A stretch of 34,894 nt of DNA from Macrostomum lignano. Lineage: Eukaryota. Made by a program: the position numbers and the translations under genes. Within the stretch, counting starts at the first letter, position 1; each line of letters begins with the position of its first letter. Below the pieces are notes generated by a model that did no database searches, was not told the origin of the DNA, and saw only the letters and a program-made list of their open reading frames with translations. This document shows positions 8,807 to 19,193 of the stretch, one piece after another. The DNA is taken from positions 1 to 34,894 of the forward strand of contig NIVC01004797.1 of the NCBI GenBank assembly GCA_002269645.1. The letters are read 5' to 3'.

Positions 8807-11118
8807 CCTACTACTAAAGGGTCTTCCATTGCAAATTTGAGGCCGATTCTCTCCGCCGTGCCCCTCATACAAAACTGCAACTGGGGTTCAGAATGGGTCG
8901 GCAGAATGGATGCATCCCGATAAAGAAATCCTGCCTTCCAGGCGCGGCACTGGTCAGCAAGTGCTTTTTCTCTCTGAACTGCATCGCTCACAAGCATACA
9001 AGCACATTTTCAGCGGCTTGCTGGAATTTCTCGATCTTGTTATGGGATGCTGAACGGTAGGGAAAAATTGCACCCAACTTTTTCCTTCATCATCATGCCC
9101 TTGTTCCTACCGAAGCGCACAAACAATTAAAACAGAGAAGCACTTTTTATTGCACTTGCTGCTTGCTGCGGTTCGAACGGTTTCCCGTCCGCTCTGCCTC
9201 ATTATCCGACATCCACAACTTGTTATCGCAGAACCTTCGTTCTGTACAAGCGCAAAGCATGCACAAAGGCTTGCATTAGCGTTTTATTTTCCCAGGCAAA
9301 GACGATGAATGCATGCGTCTAGAGAACTTTTTTTACATGTAGTCCTATGAATTTCGGCTGACTGGCAATGTCTTTAGCATTTGCAGACAGAGAATCGATA
9401 AAATCTAAAAGAATTAGCAAGGCAGCTGTTGGATAGCCAGCACGCTTTAATTCACGCTTGAATACAAATCATTCGAGATCTTAACCGGAATTAGTCTAGG
9501 GCTCTATGCTATTACTGTTCTGCATGCATTGGAATCAGTTGCTTTGGTGCCAATAATTTTCATTCGATTCATTCAGGATGCTCGCTCCCACTGCAGAATA
9601 GTTCCGTATGGAAGCAACGTGGTGGGCAGAATGGAAGAAACGGCTTTGGGTGCACCGGGTGCAGTTCATGGAGGGAAAAAGATTTCGGACTAAATGGTTG
9701 CGTAGCTCTGGTAAACAAAATGGCCGAGACTTTGCTTGTCGACTGTGTATGTTGGCCAGTGTGGTTTTGCAGTGGGGACAGAGTGCGTAGCTGGGGCTTG
9801 GCCCCTCGGTGCGTGCACATCTCTATCCGCCACGAAGGCCGATCAGGATCAAGCAGCCTCACGATGAAGCCCACACAACTTACTATATTTAACCGTAAGC
9901 CGCAAAACTTCTGATCTTCAAAGTTCCACGCCCAAAGCAAAAGTTTTAGGGAAACGCAATTCGATGCCATTTCCTAGCTCATACCATATTCTAGTCTTTG
10001 CGGGGGTAACTTATCATAGTAAAAGGTCACACTCTGCCAATCTTTTAGCCACTTGCATACTGCAGCTACCGCAGCAACCGGGAATTTGTTTAGCGGATAC
10101 CATTTTGTACAATTGAAGTCAGTTAGAAAAGTACAAATGTTGCGAGCCCTGATGATCTGAAGGCGAAGCGTAAATGCAAAGCTTGTAGTGCATTAAGTAT
10201 GCGAACGTGTTGAAAACCGCATCAAGTTCCATTCGAGAAGTTGGTGGAAAAATAATTGGACACGTGATCAGCGCTAGAGTGTAGGTTTGGAGAGAGCGTA
10301 AGTTTTACGCACTAAATCAAGCATAAAACATAAAACTGGAGCTAGCATTCAAGTGATTTCCAACGTATAGCTGACGCAATAAAGCGTCCAAAAGGCTAGA
10401 GTTGGTTCTTTTTTATTTCCTTGGTCCTGCGTGGAAGGAAATCGAAACAATTCAGTTTTACTTCTGTCTTTGCTTGCTTTGCTTGCTTCCCCTCTAAATC
10501 GAGTTCAACGAAACGATTATCTTTACATTAATAAAAAATAAATTGTGAAACATGCGTAACTTCTATATTAACTTTAATTTTGTAAATTTTTTTGTTTGCA
10601 ACCTCAACAGAACATTAAAGGTTGAATATTTTCTAAACCAATTTGTCATGTAGAGGTGGGGAAAAATCTCGACATAAAAATTGCAGGCTCCGAAAGTCAA
10701 GCCCATATTTTCTGAGACGGCTTACGTTACCCGTGCACTCATTTATGTAGAAAATTCTGTAATTTCGGAACTCATTGCGGGTGATGTGACAGAACCCTAT
10801 CAGTCTGTTGTAAGGACAGGACAGTTTTTAAATTAGAAAATCGCGATGAACAATTATAACAAAAAGAGTCAAATTAAAGTGCTTTTTTGGCCCAAGACAG
10901 GTAAAGGAACCAGAAAGATTATTTTTAAAACGTGAAGTTTTTTTATACGCAACAATTTTCTGATTAGGCATTGTTTTTACTAATCAGCTGATCAGCCTTG
11001 ACAAATCATATGATTCGCCGAGGTAACTACTAAATTCTAACTCAGTAATCGTTACTAAAGGTCAAGCAGTTTTTGTGACGCAGCACAGCGATTGATTTTA
11101 GAAGCGTTCTTACTAAAG

Positions 11119-13746
11119 ATGTCTTCGCCTAGCCCAGGAAAACGCAGAATGGACACGGATGTTGTCAAACTGTATCCTTTGCTTTGGTTATTTCACTTTT
11201 TAAGACTCAACTGAAGAGTCAAGGGGCCTTATAAATAGTATAAAATTAATTACATTGTAAAATCAAGACAAAATAGGGCCTACTAGTTTTGAATGAGCAT
11301 ATATCAGATATATAGGCAATATATATATATAATACCCTGCAACCTTCCTGCAAGGAATTATTCTTGTGTACCATATCAAAATTTGTTTCAAAATTTACCT
11401 AAAAATTAACAAGAAATTAAATTGCTAATAGGTCTGTGTTTCCTAATCAAATATGCTGAAACTGGTTTGAACAAAAACAGTAAGAAAATAATTGGTAATA
11501 ATTTATAAGAGATAAGAAGTGTTGTGGATATAAGAGCTTATTATAAGTCTAAAAATATTTTTAGATATTGAGTCAGTTTCAAGTAAAGTAGTAAATAGGC
11601 TATTTTTGATAAACATTAGTTATCAATCAACCAATAAGGAAAGTTCTATCTCTTTTAAAGTATAGCAAATCTATCAAATCTATACCAAAGCTTAGGCTCA
11701 TATCTATTTTATTTAAAAATCATTTAATTTATGTAAAAAGATAAGCCTACTATATTACACATATATGTAATACAAATATGCAGTTTTAATACTTATAGTT
11801 ATGAACCATTTTTAGTATATGGATATAAAGTATATAATAGCTTTGTAACTTTCTAAATATTAGTAATATTTTTATACTTTATACTTTAGGAATTGGCCTT
11901 TATAAATATAAATATTGGTTAAATTGGTTTTAGTTTAATACAAAGTTGGCTAATGTCTATTGTAAGATTTATACTAACATTTTTTATTTCTATTTTACTT
12001 ATTTAAATATATTTTCTTGTTTATAGTCATAATTTTTATAATGTCCTTAACTTGGCATAATTTAACTATGCTAAAAATAGCATTGAAAGTAAGCATGAAG
12101 TCACTATACTTGGAGGACTAAATGAGTTCACTGTGAAATTCTATGGTCCTACAGACTGTAAGTAATTGTTTTGATAAATCTAAATCCTATATTTTAGTCT
12201 CTATTTATTCAATTTATTTATGAATATAACTCCAATTTTAGCTCCATATGAAGGAGGTGTATGGAAAGTCAGGGTAGACTTGCCTGATCGCTATCCATTC
12301 AAATCACCATCAATTGGTAAGCTTCAATTGGCAAAATTTTTTACTTCAAAGGCCAGATAAAGAACCTAACTAATGGCTTCAGCCTAGAGAAGAGATAATA
12401 GAAGAGAAATAGAAGAAGAAAGATAAATGGATAGATGAAAGAAGAGAGGAAAGGCAAGAGAGGAGATATAAGATAAGATATGGAATGAAAGAAAAGATAG
12501 GAGAGAAGATAAGAAGAGAAGAGGGTAGAGGGGTGCAGCAACTTTTTAGTCATTTCTTCACTTTATCTGCACTTGTCTCTGTTTTCTTGTCTTATCTATG
12601 CTCAACCCCCCCCCCCCCACTATTTTAATGACTTAAATAGAGCAAGGGTTGTTGAGTAAGAAAAGGAGGGGTGGAGTGCGCGACAAAAGAAAGAGGCGAG
12701 ATTGAAGAACCAATCAGAAGGCAGCAAGGGGGAGAGATAAGAATTACAAGCTAAAAGATTGAAGAACCAATCAGAAGGCAGCGAGCGGGAGAGATAAGAA
12801 TAACAAGCTGAACTAGGCAGAGAGGGAGAGAAAACATAGTAAACAGAGACGAGTGCAGATAAACTGAAGAAATGACTAAGAAGTTGCGACAAGAGCTGAG
12901 TAGAGACCTTGAGCGGGCTGGAATTTGTCGACCCTTGGTCGAGATTGAAATATTTTTTTGATTTTCCATTTTTTGCTATCCTTTGATAATCTGCACAAAA
13001 CTTGGTAATTTCAATTGCAGGCTTTTTAAACAAGATATTTCATCCCAACATTGACGAAGCGTGAGTTTATAGAGCAGATTTTATTTTAGTTTCTATGAAT
13101 AGACTGGTTTCTAGAAAACCAATTGTTGTTTGGCTATTTTAACATTAACATGCAAAGTGGCTCAATAATCTTTACATATTTAGATCTGGCACCGTGTGCT
13201 TGGATGTCATTAACCAGACTTGGTCTGCACTTTATGGTGAGTCGAAACTATCAATTACAACACGGGTGCCAGGTATCCAGATGAGAGTCGGCCTATGAGA
13301 ATCAGGAGAGAGTCGCGCTATGAGATTCGAAATGATATCGAGATGGTGTCAAGATTGAGTGGGATGCCAGGTTTTCAGTTTAGAATGCAAAAATCTGGCA
13401 ATATGAATGTTCTTATTCTTTTGGAATCTTGCTGCTAACCGTACTAAATCTTGCCCTCTGCCCAGACCTCACCAATATATTCGAGTCGTTCCTGCCGCAA
13501 CTGCTGACCTACCCGAACCCCATGGACCCGCTGAACGGGGACGCAGCCTCGCTCTATCTACACAGGCCGGACGATTTCAAGCAAAAGGTGCGCGATTATG
13601 TCCAGCGCTTCGCCACGGAGTCGGCCATCCGATCGCAGGACTTGCCTGGCGCGATGTCCTCGGAGGAGGAAGACGGCGAGAGCTCGATGTCGGAGTTCAG
13701 CGACGAGGAGCGGCCAGACGGAGGCGCTGAGGATATGGAGCTCTGA
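11119..13746 (+). CDS. UBE2H: Ubiquitin-conjugating enzyme E2 H (Ubc8 orthologue), 192 aa, six coding exons: 11119-11171, 12081-12157, 12242-12316, 13021-13060, 13184-13236, 13466-13746
   Basis: The joined exons (53+77+75+40+53+281 = 579 nt, all GT-AG, phases consistent) read [34 protein letters not shown]...[69 protein letters not shown]...EDMEL. HPN motif, catalytic Cys and acidic tail are present. Confidence 0.98.
11172..12080 (+). other. UBE2H intron 1, probable U12-type (minor spliceosome) GT-AG intron
   Basis: 5' splice site GTATCCTTT; branch-point match TCCTTAAC at 12044-12051; no polypyrimidine tract before the AG (CTAAAAATAG). Confidence 0.8.
12701..12810. repeat. Two 57-bp direct repeats in UBE2H intron 3, each with AACCAATCAG
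   Basis: ATTGAAGAACCAATCAGAAGGCAGC... at 12701 and 12758. Confidence 0.85.
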
Positions 13747-13861
13747 TCCAGACTGGAATGAGGAGGCGCTTTGGTGGGCTTGGCTGCTCCCGTTGCTGGC
13801 TCATTAGATTGTGCTGTTTCTCTTGGTGTTAGTATACTACCCACGGTCCTCACCCTCCTCA

Positions 13862-14760
13862 AATCTGATTGGCTGCCAAATCAGTCAAACCAACCACCCC
13901 ATTCTCAACCCCTCACCCACCTGCAATCTAATTAGCTGTCAGATCAGTCAAACCAACCACCCCATTCTCAACCCCTCACCCACCTGCAATCTAATTAGCT
14001 GTCAGATCAGTCAAACCAACCACCCCATTCTCAACCCCTCACCCACCTGCAATCTAATTGGCTGTCAGATCAGTCAAACCAACCACCCCATTCTCAACCC
14101 CTCACCCACCTGCAATCTAATTAGCTGTCAGATCAGTCAAACCAACCACCCCATTCTCAGTCCCTCACCCACCTCCAATCTGATTGGCTGTCAGATCAGT
14201 CAAACCAACCACCACCCCATTCTCAACTCCTCACCCACCTGCAATCTAATTGGCTGTCAGATCAGTCAAACCAACCACCCCATTCTCAGTCCCTCACCAC
14301 CTCCAACCTGATTGGCTGTCAGATCAGTCAAACCAACCACCACCCCATTCTCAACCCCTCACCCACCTGCAATCTAATTGGCTGTCAGATCAGTCAAACC
14401 AACCACCCCATTCTCAGTCCCTCACCACCTCCAATCTGATTGGCTGTCAGATCAGTCAAACCAACCACCACCCCATTCTCAACCCCTCACCCACCTGCAA
14501 TCTAATTGGCTGTCAGATCAGTCAAACCAACCACCCCATTCTCAGTCCCTCACCACCTCCAACCTGATTGGCTGTCAGATCAGTCAAACCAACCACCACC
14601 CCATTCTCAACCCTCACCCACCTGCAATCTAATTGGCTGTCAGATCAGTCAAACCAACCACCCCATTCTCAGTCCCTCACCACCTCCAATCTGATTGGCT
14701 GTCAGATCAGTCAAAACAACCACCCCATTCTCAGTCCCTCATCCACCTCCAATCTGATTG
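13862..14760. repeat. Minisatellite of about 63 bp, 14 copies plus a partial, with higher-order repeats
   Basis: Unit starts at 13862, 13925, 13988, 14051, 14114, 14177, 14243, 14305, 14371, 14433, 14499, 14561, 14626, 14688, 14751. Confidence 0.97.
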
Positions 14761-15375
14761 TCCGAATTCGTCAATGCAGCCTCACAGTCCGAGCAATGAG
14801 CAGTAATGATGTCACAGGCCTTCCAGTGCAGTGCGTTTTCCCCCAGTTCCCTTAATCAGCGCATGATCAGTTTTTTGTTTTCATTTTGTACAAAGTATTC
14901 GCGATACCATTTATTAAAATGCTCCGCTACTTTCCCTAAATCTCTCTGGTACTTTTTGGTAGATTAATTGAGCGAATATGTGCGATAGCGTGCTTATAGT
15001 AGCAGCACTGTTCCCTATGCATGCAATGTGTCAATGAACATGCCTATATAATAATACCTATATACTTTTTCTGCTCACTACTAAATTATATATTTTTTAT
15101 TGTTTAACTTTTCCTGCCATAAGCTTTTCATTATTCTCTCTTTCACCTCTCTTTACCTTACTGTGTCCCAGATTTTGCTTAAAATCTTTTTTTCAAATAT
15201 GCTGCAGTGAAGTCGACCGACTCTTGCTTGATTACAGTAGATTCCGCACCACACTGCACTGTTAGAAGCACCAAACCCACTTATCTCATTAGTATCTCGT
15301 TTTTCTTTCTGTTATCAAGTTTGATTTTCAAAGTATTGGCTGGTTAGGTTGCTCGCTTGCTTCTTTTGTGCCTTC

Positions 15376-15488
15376 GAAATCGCTTCTGTCTGTCCATCTG
15401 TCTGTAAGTGTGCCTGCCTGCGTCTGTCTGTGTGTCTGTTTATCTGTCTTAGTGTCTGTCTGTCTGTCTTAGTGTCTGTCTGTCTTAG

Positions 15489-15535
<47 letters not shown>

Positions 15536-15620
15536 GTGTCTGTCTGTGTGTCTGTCTTAGTGTCTTAGTGTCTGTCTGTCTGTCTGTCTGTCTGTGTGTC
15601 TGTCTGTCTGTCTGTCTTAG

Positions 15621-15671
<51 letters not shown>

Positions 15672-15704
15672 GTGTCTGTCTGTGTGTCTGTCTTAGTGTC
15701 TTAG

Positions 15705-15743
<39 letters not shown>

Positions 15744-15768
15744 GTGTCTGTCTGTCTGTCTGTCTTAG

Positions 15769-15823
<55 letters not shown>

Positions 15824-15856
15824 GTGTCTGTCTGTGTGTCTGTCTTAGTGTCTTAG

Positions 15857-15903
<47 letters not shown>

Positions 15904-15950
15904 GTGTCTGTCTGTCTGTCTGTCTTAGTCTCTGTCTGTCTGTGTCTGTC
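15376..15950. repeat. Compound (GTCT)n microsatellite with GTGT and CTTAGTGT interruptions
   Basis: Directly visible. Confidence 0.97.
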
Positions 15951-16823
15951 CTATCATTATTTGTCCTGCTTGCCTGCCTTCACCCCCTTCAACCCAGGCC
16001 TGTGTCTTAATGCCTGATATCACCCGTGGACCAGTGCCTTCTCAGACCCAACAGCCCACATTTCCTAGGCTTCCTCGAGTGAGTCTGCTTGGTCAGAGAG
16101 CGAAGGAAAATAGCAGCAGCGCCACTTAATCCGTTTAGTAGTAGCGAACTTTGATTCTGTAAAAAAATTCTTGACTACAATAAAACTTCTGATTACATGA
16201 AACTATTAATTTATAAATTTCTGATTCAGAATACATTGCACTGTTTTGTTAACAGTCTTTCTGACTGTTTTCAGATTTTCATTTTTTGCAGCACCAATTA
16301 TCAATATTGTTTATTGAGCGCATCTTTCATTAAAAATTTTTTATTTTATCTGGAAATTGCAAGCCGATTCCAGACTTTACTACTCAAAGTAGACTGTTTG
16401 GCTATTATTTTAAACTCCCTGCGAAATTGGTTTGTTTTGTTTTTTTCTGAATAAATTTTATTAAAAATCCGCGCGTTCAGCTAAACTGCCTTGCCCGCCT
16501 AGCCATTAGCTTCTGTTCTTATTTTTTGAATAAAAATATTCATTTATTCACAAGCTCGCGTATGAACTTGCTCGTTCCACTGCCCAGTAACCGTTATATT
16601 ATATACTTGTGTTTATATGTATTCTAAGAAAAATTTTATTCCCCCAAGAAATGCGCGCAAACATGCCTTATCTCTGTGTAGTGTCGTGCAAAGCCTACAA
16701 TTCGTTACTAATAGTGCTCGAATGTCGGAGATTTTTATTTCATTAATTTAATTATCGTATCGATTTTCGCCTAAATTAGTGTCTATCAAATATTTCTTCG
16801 ATTTGGTGTAAGTGTTGCGGGTA

Positions 16824-17151
16824 AGGGTACCTCTTATTTCGCCGATTCTCGTTTCGCCGAAATTAATTTAATAACCATCTGGACATTAGACCATAGACAA
16901 CTACACTAATGCAAATATGATTTAGATGGAATTCTAATTCTAAGAATTCTTCCTTCTGCATAGTCTATGGTAAAAAGTCCATAGCCAGTGGTGTATATGT
17001 ATGGTAGGAGGTTGTGAAATACAAAAATGCCGATTGAAATCGTTTCTGGTGGTTTGAAATTGAAATTAGTGTAGTTGTCTATGGTCTAATGTCCAGATGG
17101 TTGTGAAATTAATTTCGGCGAAACGAGAGTCGGCGGAATGAGAGGTACCCT
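16824..17151. mobile_element. 328-bp MITE with 87-bp TIRs and an 8-bp target-site duplication (TGCGGGTA)
   Basis: TIRs at 16824-16910 and 17065-17151 (AGGGTACCTCT..., 5 mismatches counted); TGCGGGTA at 16816-16823 and 17152-17159. An 8-bp TSD fits hAT, P or Merlin; superfamily not resolved. Confidence 0.9.
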
Positions 17152-18189
17152 TGCGGGTATAATCTGAAGCGCAGTGGTTGCGACTTCTTTATTGGGGGGG
17201 GGGGCAATCTGTCTGTTACCGGGCCCAGCTACTCACTACTCAATTTATCATTAAATTAGGTTTTCCCATTTGGCTACTCTACTCTGGAAACCGTTAATCG
17301 TCAATAATTAAAGGAATCACTTCTTCAAGCGTGCTGCATTTTTACGGCAATGTTTTTCCTTTGTGTTTACTATTTTGGATTCTGTCTTTTTTATTGTAGC
17401 CGTCTGCGTAGATTCAACTGGTGTTTCCTATAAATTACAAAAATATAAAAATAAATCAAAATTTTAGAAACTAAATAACCAAATATTCTATTATTATAAA
17501 AAACTAAATTTACTGTGATAAGAGACTTCAACTATATTTTTACCCTGTGTTGCCACCGCGTTTATTTGTTCTTTTCTTTACTGTTTTATTGACACGGGTA
17601 ATCACTAGATTCAATCCCCGGTGATCAGGGAGATAAACTTAAAGTAGACTTTTTGAATCTCTTTACCGCAAGGGGTCAGCCGACCCCTCTTACCGCCTCT
17701 GGGACAGCCAGTGTTTCTCGTATTTAGTTTTGCAACATTATTTTCCGTTTTAAAATGACTAACTCCAAAACAATATTTAGTGTAAACATTTTCCTGCTCT
17801 TGGTAAAAATAAGTTGCAACTTTACAGTATAAAAAATTAATATTACGAGCTTGTAATGTATTTAGTTATATTCACGAGAAATCCCGTAAAATCCAGGGGA
17901 TGGGAGATATTGGCTCGATCCCTACTCACGGATGAGGTTTTGCTTACTCAAAATATTTCAGTAATATACCTCAGTTCAGTTTAATCAAGCATTAAAGAGC
18001 AAATATCTCCAGAAAAATCGTCATTTGCTTTTGAACTGGTATTGCTGAGCTTTTGTCTCTTTAACTGAATAAATTCTTCACTGAAATTGGCATGGATTTG
18101 TGAAACTCAAAGGTCTACCTACAATCAGGGGCCCATGAACGATATCAAAGTGCCATTAATTGACTCGACCCCACCAAACTCTATAATCT

Positions 18190-18466
18190 ATACCCTAGTC
18201 TAAATCCTATCCCTTAATTTAAGCCCTCTAACCTAAGCTAATCCTAACCTAACCTTAACCTAATTCCTAAAGCTCCGCCCCCACCCCGTAACCTATGCCT
18301 CAGCCTAAATCCTAACCATTACATATGACCTAACCCTAACCTATAACTCCAGCCTAAATCCTAACCCTAAACTATATCCTAGCCTAAAACCGAACTCATA
18401 CCCTAATGACCCTAATCTAAACCCTAAATCCTAAACCCTAAACCATATCCTACACTTTAATCCTCA
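18190..18466. repeat. Degenerate (CCCTAA)n-like tract
   Basis: Many CCTAA/CCCTAA/CCTAAC units with frequent substitutions. Confidence 0.75.
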
Positions 18467-19193
18467 CCAAAACGGTAACAAATATACAGACGACAGTCAA
18501 ATAGTGGCAGTCAGGTTGTGTGTGGTGTGGGGCCTAGGCTAAATCGCGGGCTCCCGTGCAAAATGTCTAAGACTACAACGTCTAGCAGTACAAGCCTAAT
18601 TCACTTTATTTACAGTTCTATGGCTAAACTCGCTGCAGAGCAGATCATTCGCTTGAAATATTGGTTTCCTTGGTTTGTTTTGCATTAGCAGTAGTTATTC
18701 ATAGCCATTTAGTTGGTTTTGCTGGCTGGGCTCGACTGAAAAAACAAGGGCTAAAAAACAGACACCCCCTCTGCACGATCATATCGTTCGATCGATAAAA
18801 TTCAACCCCTACCCCCTCTATACAGCCAAACTGTCTAGGGCCCTGCTGGGCTTGGCTTTCGCCTATCCTCTCAAGTCTGCTAAAAACCTTACCCATCTCC
18901 ACTGTCTGTGATTGGCTGAGAGGCCGGGGGAGGCCGGGAGGGGTTTAAAAGAAGTTAATAAAACCAACGCCCCCAGCAAGCAGCAGTTGAGCGGCGGGGC
19001 GGCTTTAGCATTCCGCATTTGTTTTAGCTCGTGCTGCAAGTCTGCAACCAAAGCCTATGGCTATAAGCGCGCTTCCTGTCAAGTATAATGTAAATCCTAG
19101 TTAGAATTAAAACAATGCCTATTTAAATTATGATAGCTGGATTTTTGCGGTCGGTATCTCTGTGCCCCATATTGTTAGTTTTTTTGACCATCC

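Larger units (their letters stand above)
1..8815. mobile_element. Right arm of a Polinton/Maverick (adintovirus-like) self-synthesising element; left end outside the window
   Basis: Intact protein-primed PolB, compact accessory ORFs, and a repeat-rich non-coding block (about 8100-8815) ending in CTACTACT (8808-8815), the reverse complement of the AGTAGT-type terminus typical of Polintons. Integrase, capsid, ATPase and protease genes are not seen in the window, so the left boundary is unknown. Confidence 0.75.

Noticed and set aside
8782-9970. Short ORFs between the element end and UBE2H, some with Cys motifs (e.g. CKPLCMLC)
   Set aside because: No recognisable family; one ORF crosses the element terminus; possibly decayed repeat fragments, but unsupported.
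10140-10260. RKCKAC...C motif resembling a piggyBac Cys-rich tail
   Set aside because: Too short, interrupted by a stop, and no TTAA ends or catalytic domain found.
12341-13033. Hydrophobic minus-strand ORFs in UBE2H intron 3
   Set aside because: Artefacts of a GA-rich low-complexity tract.
13429-13465. ORF-track N-terminus [12 protein letters not shown] of the UBE2H last exon
   Set aside because: Intronic; the real exon starts after the CAG at 13465.
13811-15856. Cys-rich ORFs (CNLIGCQISQ..., CLSV...)
   Set aside because: Translations of the 63-bp minisatellite and the GTCT microsatellite; the frames shift with unit length.
17669-17690. GGGGTC-AGCC-GACCCC hairpin as a Helitron 3' end
   Set aside because: No CTRR terminus at the expected distance and no supporting 5' end.
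18190-18466. True telomere or chromosome end
   Set aside because: Highly degenerate and flanked by ordinary sequence on both sides.
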